From positions 395 to 64,394 of the forward strand of contig JAVKFY010000053.1 of assembly GCA_040223615.1 (NCBI GenBank): 64,000 nucleotides of DNA. Reading direction: 5' to 3'. The notes under the pieces are model-generated. The model made no database searches. It worked only from the letters and a program-made list of their open reading frames with translations, and was not told where the DNA came from. Below, piece after piece: positions 8,783 to 20,224 of the stretch. Made by a program: the position numbers and the translations under genes. The number at the start of each line of letters is the position of its first letter. The stretch's first letter is position 1. The DNA comes from Alphaproteobacteria bacterium (GTDB taxonomy: Bacteria > Pseudomonadota > Alphaproteobacteria > GCA-2731375).

Positions 8783-9056
8783 GCCAGCCACAGGGCTCTG
8801 ATTCCCTCCGCAAACGCTTACCAGCCTTCGATCGCGCGGCGTGCGCAGGCGGCCGCGTCAAAGCCACTCGGGCGAGGGCCGGCCGGTTGCCGCGAGCCGA
8901 AGCTCGGCAGATATGTCGGGAAACTTTACAGTTCAGAATTAGAGTGCATGAATTCAGCTCCAACCATCTGTCTAGGCGCGTTTGTCGTGGCCACGGGCCT
9001 GCCCTACCATCGCCGTGGCTGATTCGTCCGCCGGAGAAGGCAAGAGTACGCGCCGC

Positions 9057-10046
9057 ATGATCCTGCTCGTCGGTTCGCCCCGGTCCGGGACCACCTGGCT
9101 GGCGAAGATTTTTGATAGTCATCCGCGCGTGCTGTACCGGCATGAGCCGGATACGGTCGATCGTGGCCATGAGCTGCCGATCTACTGCGAGGGCGAGAAG
9201 ATCGAGCAGAACCTCGATACCGCCCGTGCCTATCTCGACCGCCTGGTTCGGGTGCGCAACACCAAGTCGACCGGCTCGCTGCCGATCTTTCCGAAGACCT
9301 ACCTGGCCGGTCCAAGCCTGGCCTTGCGCAAGGCCATGATCGTCGCCGCCAAGGCCGGCGAACGGCTGCCCCTGGTCGGCGATGGCTTCCGCCGCCTCGA
9401 CCTGCCCGATATGGCCGATCCCACCGCGCCCGACATCGAGATCGCGATCAAGTCGATCGGTGCGCTCGGCCGGGTGCGTCTGTTCCTGCGCGCCCGTCCC
9501 GACACCCGGGCGATCGTCATCGTGCGCCACCCGTGCGGCCACGTGTCGTCGGTGCTGCGCGGCATCGCCCGCAACATGTTCGACGACAACAAGCCGGCGA
9601 CCGAGGCACGCGGCATCTACGAGGACCTGGCGACCACCGAGCCGGCCAAGCGCCGCGGCCTGGACGCCGACGCCTTCATGGCGATGACGCCCGAGGCGCG
9701 GCTGACCTGGCGCTGGGCGATTCCGAACGAGCTGGCGATGGCGGCGGCCGACGACGCCGCCGGCCGGGTCCGCGTGGTGCGTTACGAGGATGTCTGCCGG
9801 GCGCCGGAAGCGCTGGCCCGCGAGCTGTTCGAGTTCGCAGGCCTGGATTGGCAGGACCAGACCGCCGGCTTCGTCGGCGCCTCGACCGCCGGCGGCGATG
9901 GCAACGAGAGCTACTATCAGCTGTTCCGCGACCCGCTGAAGTCGGCGATGAAATGGCAGCAGGAACTGTCCGACGAGCAGCAGGCGGCGATCCTGGCCGT
10001 CGCCGCCGAGACCGCGCCGGGGCGGCTGTTCACGGAAGCCGCTTGA
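9057..10046 (+). CDS. Sulfotransferase family protein (PAPS-dependent)
   Basis: 5'-PSB loop LLVGSPRSGTTWLAKIF and downstream RHPCGHVSSVLRG (3'-PB-like). Length about 330 aa. The upstream region is AT-rich. Confidence 0.75.
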   Translation: MILLVGSPRSGTTWLAKIFDSHPRVLYRHEPDTVDRGHELPIYCEGEKIEQNLDTARAYLDRLVRVRNTKSTGSLPIFPKTYLAGPSLALRKAMIVAAKAGERLPLVGDGFRRLDLPDMADPTAPDIEIAIKSIGALGRVRLFLRARPDTRAIVIVRHPCGHVSSVLRGIARNMFDDNKPATEARGIYEDLATTEPAKRRGLDADAFMAMTPEARLTWRWAIPNELAMAAADDAAGRVRVVRYEDVCRAPEALARELFEFAGLDWQDQTAGFVGASTAGGDGNESYYQLFRDPLKSAMKWQQELSDEQQAAILAVAAETAPGRLFTEAA

Positions 10047-11535
10047 GATAGACCTGGGCCGGCCCGACTGGCGGCCCGGATACCGGAAAGTCGACCGACA
10101 GCGGCGGCTGCGCGACGTAGCCGCGTGCCCGCGCCCAGTCGCGCAACGCCGTCTCCGCGACCGGCTCCATGCCGACCAGGATCGCCGGCGGATCGAAGCT
10201 CTCGTCGAGAGACATCGGTGCCAAGGCCGGCAGCGTCGCCGCGAGCTCGGCAGTGCCGGTGCGGAAGAAGAACGGGCCGCTGGCCAGTTCCGGCAGGATC
10301 GCGCCGCCGCCGTCCAGCACCAGAACCGGGCTCAGCGTAGCGACCGGCCCGGCGCCGGCCTGGGCCGCGATTGCCTGGGCGAGCGCGTGCAGCCGCGTCG
10401 GCACCCAGTCGGCCGGCGAGACCCACTGCTGGCTCAGCCGCGCCGTCTGCACCGCGACGGCGAGCCCGGCCAGGCCGGCGAAGACGTAGGCATGACGCCG
10501 CCGGTACCACACCGTCGGCAACGCCGCCGCGCCCAGGATCAGGAACGGCACCGCCGGTTGCAGGTAGTACTGCCACGGCGGCCGCGGCCCGAAATACGCC
10601 AGCGCGCCCAACGCCGCCGCGAGCAGCACGATCAGCCCGCCACGCCGGCGCAGCACCGCGTAGCTCGGCCGCACATGGCGGCGCAGCGCGATCAACCCGC
10701 CCAGCAGGAGCGCCAGCGCCGCCAGCAGCGCCGGGTCGGCGGACACCGCCCGGGCCAGGTAGGCCCATTGGAAACCATGGCTCAGCCATGCTTCGCGGCC
10801 GGTCGCCACGTACCAGTCGTACGGCGCCGTCAGGTGATAGGTGAAGCTGCCATAGACGAATGCGTCGGGCGCCAGCGCCGCCAGCACCGCCGTCGGCAGC
10901 AGCCCGGCCACCCCACCCAGCAGGTAGGCAGGCAGCAGACGCGGCACGATCCAGGCCAGCCCGATCATCACCGCCAGCCCGGCGAACCCGGCCGATAGCT
11001 TGGCCGACAGGGCCAGGGCCAACACCGCGCCGGCCAGCGCCACCAGACCATGGCCCCGCCGGTCCGATGCCTTCAGCGCCAGCCAGACGCCGAGCAGTGC
11101 CAGACAGATCGGCAGGATGTCGTTGCGCGCCGTCCCGAAGGCCGGCCACATCGTCGACGATGTGACGAACAACGCCGCCGCCACGCCGGCGACCAGTCGC
11201 CGCCCGGACAGCCGCCAGGCGACCGCGTGGACCAGCACCAGCGCGACGACGCCGAACGCCGCCGACGCCAGTCGCGCCAGCACGAACGGCGGCGCCTCGA
11301 CCGCCGCCAGCAGCGGCGCCAGCAGCAGCGGCTGCAATGGCGTCTGCAGGTACAGGAAGTCGCGATAGGGCAGCAGGTCGCGCGCCAGCACCGCCGCCGC
11401 GACATACTGCTCCTCGTCATGGTTGAACGGCTGGGTCAGCGCCTGTAGCGGCGGCACCAAGGCCAGCAACGTCAGCAGCAACGCCGGTGCCAGCCAATCG
11501 TTCGGCGCCCGCCCTGTCGTCGCTTGATCCCGCAT
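10030..11535 (-). CDS. Polytopic membrane protein, GT-C-fold glycosyltransferase-like (ArnT/PMT/DUF2029-like), alternatively Wzy-like
   Basis: 501 aa, at least 10 predicted TM segments. The first loop carries an NHDEEQY motif (DE motif of GT-C enzymes). Confidence 0.55.
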   Translation of the reverse strand: MRDQATTGRAPNDWLAPALLLTLLALVPPLQALTQPFNHDEEQYVAAAVLARDLLPYRDFLYLQTPLQPLLLAPLLAAVEAPPFVLARLASAAFGVVALVLVHAVAWRLSGRRLVAGVAAALFVTSSTMWPAFGTARNDILPICLALLGVWLALKASDRRGHGLVALAGAVLALALSAKLSAGFAGLAVMIGLAWIVPRLLPAYLLGGVAGLLPTAVLAALAPDAFVYGSFTYHLTAPYDWYVATGREAWLSHGFQWAYLARAVSADPALLAALALLLGGLIALRRHVRPSYAVLRRRGGLIVLLAAALGALAYFGPRPPWQYYLQPAVPFLILGAAALPTVWYRRRHAYVFAGLAGLAVAVQTARLSQQWVSPADWVPTRLHALAQAIAAQAGAGPVATLSPVLVLDGGGAILPELASGPFFFRTGTAELAATLPALAPMSLDESFDPPAILVGMEPVAETALRDWARARGYVAQPPLSVDFPVSGPPVGPAQVYLKRLP

Positions 11536-11540
11536 CGGTC

Positions 11541-12647
11541 TCAGCCCAGCAGCAGGCGCTCGTAGGTCTCGAACATCCGGTCCGGCGGGAAGCGCGTGCG
11601 CGCCGCCTCGCGGTTGGCGGCGCCGAGCGAGGCCCGCAAGGCCGCGTCGCCGGCCAGCACCAGCATCGCCTGCGCGAACGCGGCCTCGTCATCGCGCGGC
11701 ACGACGAAGCGCTGGTTCGCATCGGCCACCATCGAGCGCACGTCGCCGACGTCGACACTGGCCACCGGCTTGGCCGCCGCCATCGCCTCCAGCACCGACA
11801 GCGGCATCTGCTCGGTGTCGGAACTCAGCGCGAAAATATCGAACAGCGGCACCACGCGCGCCGGTTCGGCGATGTGTCCGGTGAAGATCACCGCGTCGCC
11901 GAGCCCCATGCCGGCGGCCTGTCGCTCAAGCTCGCCGCGCACCCGGCCATCGCCGACGATCGCCAGCCGCGACAACGGCAGGCTGGCATGCACGACCGCG
12001 AAGGCGCGCAGCAGCCGGCCGAGATTCTTCTCCGGCCGCAGCGCCGCGACCGTGCCGATCACCGGTCCCTCTGCGGCCGGCAACAGGCTGGCATCGCCGC
12101 CGCCGGTGAAGCGGTCGACGTCGATGCCGTTCGGCACGTAGTGGACTCGGTTCTGCGGCTGTCGCCAGATCTCGGTGGCGATGCGCTGCAAGGTGAGCGA
12201 CGGCACGATCAGTTGCCGCGTCCGGCGCAGCGCCAGGCGCCGGTACAGGACCCGACGCCGCAACTGCCGCTCCGCCTCTTCCGGCCCAAACCCGTCCTCG
12301 AAATGCACGTGCGGCGCGATCGGCGCGACGGCATTGGCCAGCGCCCAGTCGACCGCGCCCCAATTGTAGGTGACCAGCAAGTCCGGCCGCGCCTGGCGCA
12401 GCACGCGCCGAATCGTCGGCAGGTTGAGGGCGGACAGCTTCTTGTTGACCGGCGGCTCGATGAAGTCGGCCGCGAGTCCGGCCGGCAGCTTCTCGCGGGC
12501 CGCGAAATTGCCGCTGATCGACACCACCGAGTGCCGGGCGCGGTCGCCGATACGCTCGGCGATATGGGCGAAGCGGACTTGCGGGCCGCCGACCGCGAAG
12601 GTCGAGAAGACGTGGAACAGGTGGCGCTGTTCCGGCGCGTCGCTCAC
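11541..12647 (-). CDS. Glycosyltransferase family 4 (GT-B)
   Basis: C-terminal EX7E-like region (...LSVLEAMAAAKPVASVDVGDVRSMVA...). N-terminus HLFHVFSTFAVGGPQ. A GTG start at 12647 overlaps the TGA of the upstream gene; the ORF-track start at 12830 lies inside the upstream gene. Confidence 0.7.
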   Translation of the reverse strand: MSDAPEQRHLFHVFSTFAVGGPQVRFAHIAERIGDRARHSVVSISGNFAAREKLPAGLAADFIEPPVNKKLSALNLPTIRRVLRQARPDLLVTYNWGAVDWALANAVAPIAPHVHFEDGFGPEEAERQLRRRVLYRRLALRRTRQLIVPSLTLQRIATEIWRQPQNRVHYVPNGIDVDRFTGGGDASLLPAAEGPVIGTVAALRPEKNLGRLLRAFAVVHASLPLSRLAIVGDGRVRGELERQAAGMGLGDAVIFTGHIAEPARVVPLFDIFALSSDTEQMPLSVLEAMAAAKPVASVDVGDVRSMVADANQRFVVPRDDEAAFAQAMLVLAGDAALRASLGAANREAARTRFPPDRMFETYERLLLG

Positions 12648-14755
12648 TCGATCGGACCGTGCACGTCGATGGCACGGCGGACGAAGGTCGCGTGGTCGGA
12701 AACCGGCGACCAGCCCAGGTCGCGCTTGGCGTCGGCGCAGTCGAAGCGCGCCATCAGTCCGCGCGAGCGCAGGTCGGCGATGCTGGGATAGGGCGCGTCG
12801 CGTCGCCCGATCGCCTGCTTCACCAGCCACTTGAACACTTCCGTCGATTGCAGCCAGCCGACGCTGTGGCCATGGAAGCGCAGCGGACGGCGCAAGGCCT
12901 TGCCCAGCGCCTCGACATATGCGCGCGCCGAGAGCCGGACGTCGCCGACCAGATTGTAGGCCTTGCCGTTGGCTGCATCAGCGTTGTTCAGCGCGCCGGC
13001 CACGGCGGCGGCGACGTCCTCGACCAGCACGAAGGGCAGCGGATTGCGCCCCTGGTTCCAGCCCAGCGTGTGCCGCTCGCGGTTGAAGAACCCAAGGCCG
13101 CTGTGAAATGCCAGGCCACCCTCTCCGACCACCAGGCCGGGCCGCAGGATGCAAACCGGCAGACCTCGCTCGCGGTGCATCCGCAACAGCGCGTTGTCGG
13201 CCATGCCCTTGCCGCGCGAGTAGACCGCGCGCTTTTCCGGCTCCGGGTCGGTCGGCGTCTCGCCAGTGATCGTGGCCGAGGGGTCGCCGAGTTGCAGCGA
13301 CGCGATGGTGCCGGTGTGCACCAGCATCTCCACGCCCTTGTCCAGGCAGACCTCGCCGACCAGACAGGCGGAATCGATCATCGACTGCTGGATTTCGTCG
13401 GCCGAGCCGCCCTGTGCGCCCTGCGCCAGGTTGACCACCAGCCGGGCCTGGCCGATCGCGCGCTCGATGTCCTCGCGCCGGTGCACGTCGCCGGTGACGA
13501 TCGCCACGTCGGGGTCGGCGAAGACCGCGGCCGACGGGCTCGCCGATCGCGACATCACGCCGACCTTGTGGCCCTGCGCGCGCAACGCGGCGACGACATG
13601 CTGGCCGATGAAGCCGGTGCCGCCGAGCACGGCGACGTCCCAGCTCTCGGTGCGCGTCACGGCCGGCGCCGCGGCCGGCGGCTCGATGCCGGCGGCGTCG
13701 GCAATCTGCTCGCACAGGCCGATCAGGTCGCCGCCAAAGCGGCCGTCGCTTTGCAGCGCGCCGCCCTGACGGCTGGCATGGAACGCACCGATCGAGCCCT
13801 TCATGCTGACGAAGAACGGGTCGGACCGTCCGCGCAGCTTCAGCAGCGACAGCACGTCGCCGACCATGTTGCCGGTGGCCTGGCCCAGGCCGGACAGCGC
13901 CGGCATGGTGCCGCCCTGCCAGAAATCGAAGAACTCCGGCCAGCGCGACGCCCGCTCCACGGTGACCCGGTTCGCCAGCACGTCGGCATGGACGATCCCG
14001 TCGCGGCAGATCGCCTGCACCCGCCACGCCGGATAGTCCTGGCCGAAGGCAAACAGCGACTGTGCCGTCACCGTGCCGTGGCGGCTGGCGACCATGAACC
14101 GCTCGTAGAACGGCTGGCCCGGTCCCAGCTCGCGCGGCGGCGAAGCGGAGGCCGACAGTTCGTCGGCCGACCCCACCAGCGCCTGGATCAGCGACAGCGG
14201 ATGCACCGCCTGCTCCAGCAGGATGTTCTGCGGCGCCTGGAACATCCAGTGCCCGAACTGGCCGGCCGAAAGCTGGCGCAGCGGCATGTTGTAGACCAGG
14301 CCGAGATGGCGCAGCTCGCCGAGCTCGCCGCTGTCCAGGATCTTGCGCAGGCGCACGAAGGCCGGGTTGAAGACGAAATTCTGGTTCACGCCGAGCCGCG
14401 CCTTGCCGGCCTCGGCCGCGGCCAGCAGCGCCTCGCACTCGGCCGCGCTGACGCCCATCGGCTTTTCCAGCAGCACGTCGATGCCGGCTTCGAGCAGCGG
14501 TGCCGCCACCGCGCGGTGCGCCGCCGGCGGCACCAGCACGTGCGCGACATCGCACGCCCGCGCCGCGATCAGCGCGTCGACGTCACCGAATGTCTGCGGG
14601 ATCTTCCAGCGCCCGGCCAGCGCCTCGGCGCGTGCCGGATCGCGCTCGACCACGGCCGCCAGCGACACCGACGGCAGCCCGGCCAGCGCCTGCGCATGAA
14701 CATCGGAGATGAAACCGGCACCGACGAGCGCGACGCGAGCCGTCGCCGTGGACAT
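12644..14755 (-). CDS. Bifunctional Gfo/Idh/MocA-family oxidoreductase fused to an NAD-dependent epimerase/dehydratase (SDR) domain
   Basis: N-terminal half VALVGAGFISDVHAQAL...VLLEKPMG... matches Gfo/Idh/MocA. C-terminal half VAVLGGTGFIGQHVVAALRAQGHKV... matches an SDR Rossmann fold. It is a single uninterrupted ORF. Start placed at MSTATARVALVGAGF, just after the cysNC stop. Confidence 0.75.
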   Translation of the reverse strand: MSTATARVALVGAGFISDVHAQALAGLPSVSLAAVVERDPARAEALAGRWKIPQTFGDVDALIAARACDVAHVLVPPAAHRAVAAPLLEAGIDVLLEKPMGVSAAECEALLAAAEAGKARLGVNQNFVFNPAFVRLRKILDSGELGELRHLGLVYNMPLRQLSAGQFGHWMFQAPQNILLEQAVHPLSLIQALVGSADELSASASPPRELGPGQPFYERFMVASRHGTVTAQSLFAFGQDYPAWRVQAICRDGIVHADVLANRVTVERASRWPEFFDFWQGGTMPALSGLGQATGNMVGDVLSLLKLRGRSDPFFVSMKGSIGAFHASRQGGALQSDGRFGGDLIGLCEQIADAAGIEPPAAAPAVTRTESWDVAVLGGTGFIGQHVVAALRAQGHKVGVMSRSASPSAAVFADPDVAIVTGDVHRREDIERAIGQARLVVNLAQGAQGGSADEIQQSMIDSACLVGEVCLDKGVEMLVHTGTIASLQLGDPSATITGETPTDPEPEKRAVYSRGKGMADNALLRMHRERGLPVCILRPGLVVGEGGLAFHSGLGFFNRERHTLGWNQGRNPLPFVLVEDVAAAVAGALNNADAANGKAYNLVGDVRLSARAYVEALGKALRRPLRFHGHSVGWLQSTEVFKWLVKQAIGRRDAPYPSIADLRSRGLMARFDCADAKRDLGWSPVSDHATFVRRAIDVHGPIE

Positions 14756-14777
14756 CGCTGTGGCTCCCGATTGCGGC

Positions 14778-16673
14778 TCAGGCCGCGCCGCTCTTGGCCG
14801 ACTCATAGCGGAAGTTGCTCTTCACGTAATCGATGATGTGTTGCACGCAGTCGTCCACCGCATCGCGGCTGGTGTCGACCACCAGCTCGGCCTTCTCCGG
14901 CGGCTCGTAGGGCGCCGAGATGCCGGTGAACTCGGCGATCTCGCCGGCCCGGGCCTTCTTGTACAGGCCCTTCGGATCACGGTTCTCGCAGACTTCCAGG
15001 TCGGCCTTGACGTAGATCTCGTGGAACTTGTCGCCGGCCGCGGTTCGCGCCCGGTCGCGGTCCGACCGGTACGGCGAGATGAAGGCGGTGACGACGATCA
15101 TGCCGGACGCGCACATCAGTGCCGCGACCTCGCCGATGCGCCGGATGTTCTCCGCGCGATCTTCCGGACTGAAGCCCAGGTCGGCGCACAGGCCGGAGCG
15201 CACGTTGTCGCCGTCCAGCACGTAGACCTGGTAGCCCATGGCGTAGAGCCGCCGCTCGACCTCGACCGCCAGCGTCGACTTGCCGGCACCGGATAGCCCG
15301 GTAAACCACATCACGCCGCCCATGTGGCCGTTGCGCTGCGCCCGGGCGACGTCGGTGACGTCGTGCTCGACCGCGTAGATGTTGGTCGCGCGCACGGTGA
15401 TCAGTTGACGCTGGTCGGCATAGCCTTCCATCGAGATGATGCCGCCGCCGGCGATGTCGTAGCCATCGACCAGCACGAAACGGCCGAGCCGCTGGTCGTC
15501 GGCGAAGTCGTCCAGCGCGACGATGCGATCCGCCCGCATGGTGACCTCGGCGACCGCGTTGCGCGGCACCTCGGTACCGCTGGCATTGAGCGACAGGTCG
15601 TCGGTGTCGACCACCTGGTCGATCGACTGCACCCGCACCGGCACCACCGCCGTCGCCAGCTTCATCTTGAAGCGGTCGCCGACCTTCAGCGGTCGCTTGC
15701 CGAGCCAGAACACACGGCCGCGAAACACGTCGGTCTCCACTGGCGGCTCGACCTCCAGCGAACAGATCTCGCCGCGCTCGACGAAGAGTTGCTCGTCCAA
15801 CGTGATACCGACGCTCTCGCCGGCCGATGCCTCGGTCGGCTGCTCGCCGACGCTCCAGGCCTCGATCGAGGCGACCCGCGCGGTCTTGTTCGACGGCGAG
15901 AACAGCACCCGGTCGCCGACCTTGAGCCGCCCGCTCTCGATCCGGCCGGCGATGATCCGGCGCTGGTCGAACTTGTAGACCGCCTGAACCGGCATGCGCA
16001 GCGGCTGCTCGGTGGGCTGGGTCACGACCTGGAACTCGTCCAGCGCCTCAAGCACCGTCGGGCCGCGATACCAGTCCATGGCCGACGAACGGTCGGCGAC
16101 GTTGGCGCCCTCGCGGGCCGAGATCGGAATGAAGAACACCGGATGCACGCCGAGCCCGGCGAGGTATGCGGTGTACTCGCGCTCGATCTCCGCGAAACGC
16201 TCCTGGCTGTAGCCGACCAGGTCCATCTTGTTGACCACCACCGCGACCTGCCGCACGCCCAGCAGGTGCAGCAGGTAGCCGTGCCGGCGCGACTGTTCGC
16301 GCACGCCTTCCTCGGCGTCGATCAGCAGCAGCGCGGCGTCCGACGCGGCCGCGCCGGTGACCATGTTCTTGAGGAATTCCTTGTGCCCCGGCGCATCGAT
16401 GATCACGTATTCGCGCTTCTCGGTGCGGAACCAGATCTGCGACGTGTCGATGGTGATGCCCTGGTCGCGCTCGGCCTGCAGCGCGTCCATCAGGAAAGCG
16501 TACTCGAACGGCATGCCGCGCCGCTCGCACATCGCCTTGATCGACTCGTACTTGCCGTCGGGCAGCGAGCCGGTGTCGTGGAACAGCCGTCCGACCAGGG
16601 TCGACTTGCCGTGGTCGACGTGGCCGACGATGACGATCTTCATGTTCTCGCGGGTCTGGGTCATGGCCGCCAT
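14778..16673 (-). CDS. cysNC: Bifunctional sulfate adenylyltransferase subunit 1 / adenylylsulfate (APS) kinase (NodQ-like CysN-CysC fusion)
   Basis: GTPase G1 motif [15 protein letters not shown] with DAPGH and NKMD. The C-terminal APS-kinase P-loop is [13 protein letters not shown]. Confidence 0.9.
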   Translation of the reverse strand: MAAMTQTRENMKIVIVGHVDHGKSTLVGRLFHDTGSLPDGKYESIKAMCERRGMPFEYAFLMDALQAERDQGITIDTSQIWFRTEKREYVIIDAPGHKEFLKNMVTGAAASDAALLLIDAEEGVREQSRRHGYLLHLLGVRQVAVVVNKMDLVGYSQERFAEIEREYTAYLAGLGVHPVFFIPISAREGANVADRSSAMDWYRGPTVLEALDEFQVVTQPTEQPLRMPVQAVYKFDQRRIIAGRIESGRLKVGDRVLFSPSNKTARVASIEAWSVGEQPTEASAGESVGITLDEQLFVERGEICSLEVEPPVETDVFRGRVFWLGKRPLKVGDRFKMKLATAVVPVRVQSIDQVVDTDDLSLNASGTEVPRNAVAEVTMRADRIVALDDFADDQRLGRFVLVDGYDIAGGGIISMEGYADQRQLITVRATNIYAVEHDVTDVARAQRNGHMGGVMWFTGLSGAGKSTLAVEVERRLYAMGYQVYVLDGDNVRSGLCADLGFSPEDRAENIRRIGEVAALMCASGMIVVTAFISPYRSDRDRARTAAGDKFHEIYVKADLEVCENRDPKGLYKKARAGEIAEFTGISAPYEPPEKAELVVDTSRDAVDDCVQHIIDYVKSNFRYESAKSGAA

Positions 16674-16677
16674 TCCC

Positions 16678-17472
<795 letters not shown>

Positions 17473-17706
17473 CGATAAGCTACCAATCGTCTGTCCGGCG
17501 GACGAACGTCCGCGCGTATGTCCTTGGCCGCGCTGTGTAGGAGTCGCGATGCCAAGCGTCAACCCGCAGTCGAGTGACAACTTGACAACATCAGCCTACC
17601 GAAACGCTAACAGCCCTCCGGTCTTGGTTAAGCAAGCGACGGGCCAATTCATGTTGCAGTGCAGCACAACGCCACATGTATTGAATCGTTCCTGAGTTTC
17701 AACAGC

Positions 17707-18921
17707 TTATTTCCCGCGTGCCGCCAGCAGCTCAAGGAACAACGTTTCAACGCGGCGCGCGTTGCCGTCCCACGTGTAGTCGTGCACCGCAATGGCACGG
17801 GCCGCGGCGGCGCCGAGCCGCGTGCGCAGTTCGGAATCGGCACACAGCCGGTCGATGGCACCGCGGAAGGCGCCGGGCGCAGCGGGGTCGAACAGCAGCG
17901 CGCTGTCGTCGTGTTTCAGGATCTCACGGATATTCGGCTGGTCCGGCGCCACGATCGCCTTGCCCAGCGTCATGTATTCGAAGGCTTTCAGCGGCGAGGC
18001 GTAGTCGGTCACCTTCGGCTGCAATGCGACGTCGAAGGCGGCAACGTAGTGCGCCACCTGGTCGCGCTGCACCACGCCCAGCACGGTGACCTGGTCCGCC
18101 ACCCCGCGCTTGGCCGCGTGCGCCTCCAGTTCGGCCCGCGCCAGACCGTCGCCGACGATCAGGAAGTGCAGGTTCTCCCGGTTCGGGCTCTCCGCGATGG
18201 CATCGACCACGGCGTTGAGCCCGTGCCAGGCGCGCATGAAGCCGGTGAACCCGAGCACCACCTTGCCTTCAAGGCCAAGCTCGGCGCGCGCCGCGTCGCC
18301 GTTCAGGCTGGGCGGGAAGCGTCCCAGGTTGATGCCGTTGGGGATCACCCGGATATGCCCGTCGGGCACGCCACCGGCGCGGCAGAAGTCCGCCAGCACG
18401 TCGGTCACCGGCAGCACGTAGTCGGCCTGGCGCCAGGCCACGTGCTCCAGCCAGCGCGCGAAGCCGCGCATCGCCAGGTCGCCGTATTTCGCGCGCTCAT
18501 CGGCCAGCGGCGCGTTGACCTCCAGCAGGAATGGCAGGCGCGCGCGTTTCGCCAGCCAGCCGCCGGACAGCAGGAACAGGTTATTGCGCTCGTACAGCAC
18601 GTCGGGCCTGTGCTCGCGCCACGCCCGCGCCAGCCGGAAATAGGCCGGCACCGAGTAGCCAAGCTCAAGCAGCTCGTAGACCGGTGCCGGCAGCAGGCGC
18701 TTCAGCCAGCCGATTAAGCCGGCACCCTCGGCCGTCGCGTCGTCGCCAAAGGTGGCTTCGCGCATGCCGCCGGGCTCACACATGACGATCTCGTGCCCGC
18801 GCCGCTTCAGCGCCGCCGTCAGCTCCTCGATGTGGACATTCTGGCCGTCCTTGGATCGCGTGCGGTGGTGGTAGAGGATGCGCAACTTGCGGGGCGCGGG
18901 CTCAGGCTCGCTCGCGCTCAT
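17707..18921 (-). CDS. Glycosyltransferase family 4
   Basis: GT-B fold pattern (ILYHHRTRSKDGQNVHIEEL...). The C-terminal half is glycos_transf_1-like. Confidence 0.8.
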   Translation of the reverse strand: MSASEPEPAPRKLRILYHHRTRSKDGQNVHIEELTAALKRRGHEIVMCEPGGMREATFGDDATAEGAGLIGWLKRLLPAPVYELLELGYSVPAYFRLARAWREHRPDVLYERNNLFLLSGGWLAKRARLPFLLEVNAPLADERAKYGDLAMRGFARWLEHVAWRQADYVLPVTDVLADFCRAGGVPDGHIRVIPNGINLGRFPPSLNGDAARAELGLEGKVVLGFTGFMRAWHGLNAVVDAIAESPNRENLHFLIVGDGLARAELEAHAAKRGVADQVTVLGVVQRDQVAHYVAAFDVALQPKVTDYASPLKAFEYMTLGKAIVAPDQPNIREILKHDDSALLFDPAAPGAFRGAIDRLCADSELRTRLGAAAARAIAVHDYTWDGNARRVETLFLELLAARGK

Positions 18922-20105
18922 GGCGTCCGCCAGTCGGCCACGACACGCTCGAACAGGTCGCGCTGGCCGGCGCTGGTGTCGTCCCAGGAGAAGCCCTCGG
19001 CATAGGCCCGCGTCGCGGCCGGGTCCGGCATGTCGGCGAACAGGGCCTGCGCCGCCGCCACCACCCCGTCGGCGTCCAGCGTCGGCATCAGCCGGCCGGC
19101 CTCAGGCGCGGCGACCACCTCCGGCGTGCCCCAGACGTCGGACGCCACCACCGGCGTGCCGCAGGCCATCGCCTCCAGCAGAACGTTGGCCCAGCCCTCA
19201 CGGCTCGACGCCAGCACCAGCGCGTCGGCGGCCGCGTAATAGGCCGCGAGTTCGCTGTGCGGCACCCGGCCGAGCAGCGTCACCCGGTCGGCCACGCCCA
19301 GTCGTTCGGCCAGCGCCTCCAACCGGCCGCGCTCCGGGCCCTCGCCGGCGATCAGCAGCCGGCAGTCCGGCAGCTGTTGCAGCGCCTCGACGATCAGGTG
19401 GTGGCCCTTGCGCTCGATCAGCAGGCCGACCGACAGCAGCAGCCGGCCGCCGCCGGCATGGCGGGCGCGGACCTCCGATCCATCGACCGGCCGGAAGCCT
19501 TCCAGGTCGACGCCGTTGCGCAGCACCGTGACCCGCTCCGGTGCCACGCCGATGTCGACCAGCTCGTCCTTCAGCGCCTGGCACACGGTTATCATTGCCG
19601 CCGCCTGCCCGGTGACCCAGCGGATCATCCGGCGCGGCAGCGCGTAGTCGAGCATCAGGTTCAGGTCGCTGCCGCGCGCCGTTACCACGAAAGGCAGCCC
19701 GAAGCGGCGCGCCAGCAGCGCCGCCGCGACCCCGTCAGGATAGAAGAAATGCGCATCGATCACCTGCGCGTCATAGCCCGACGATAGTTGCTTTTCGATT
19801 GCCGGAATGCTCGCCCGATACAGAAACCACGGCGTCACATTCTGGCCAATCTTCGGCAGCACAATGTAGCGCGGATGGTCGATGTCGAAGCCGTGGCGGC
19901 TTTCGCGGCGCGGCGCGGCGGCGAACTTGGCATACTCGCCGAAGGCAGGCGAGGCGAAGGGAAACCACGGTACCGGCGCCACCACGTGGCTCTCCGCGGC
20001 GCCGGTCGCGACAAGATGGCGAAGCCGATTCTCGACGAACACCCCATGGTTAGGTTGTGCGAGATTTGGGTAAAGCGTAGTGTATGTGATCAATCGCACT
20101 GTCAT
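18918..20105 (-). CDS. Glycosyltransferase family 4 (exosortase-locus-type sugar transferase)
   Basis: MTVRLITYTTLYPNLAQPNHGVFVENRLRHL... is a GT-B fold. Stop/start overlaps the preceding GT4 gene. It is divergent from an AT-rich promoter region at 20106-20200. Confidence 0.75.
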   Translation of the reverse strand: MTVRLITYTTLYPNLAQPNHGVFVENRLRHLVATGAAESHVVAPVPWFPFASPAFGEYAKFAAAPRRESRHGFDIDHPRYIVLPKIGQNVTPWFLYRASIPAIEKQLSSGYDAQVIDAHFFYPDGVAAALLARRFGLPFVVTARGSDLNLMLDYALPRRMIRWVTGQAAAMITVCQALKDELVDIGVAPERVTVLRNGVDLEGFRPVDGSEVRARHAGGGRLLLSVGLLIERKGHHLIVEALQQLPDCRLLIAGEGPERGRLEALAERLGVADRVTLLGRVPHSELAAYYAAADALVLASSREGWANVLLEAMACGTPVVASDVWGTPEVVAAPEAGRLMPTLDADGVVAAAQALFADMPDPAATRAYAEGFSWDDTSAGQRDLFERVVADWRTP

Positions 20106-20224
20106 CGGCGATCATCATTACTATTTATACATGGTTTGGACTTAGGTCTTGGGGCCGGCGCGGTCCAAACTAGGCGCCTGTAGCTCGCAAGGCAATCCGA
20201 TTGGAGCGATCTCTCGCAGCCGAC

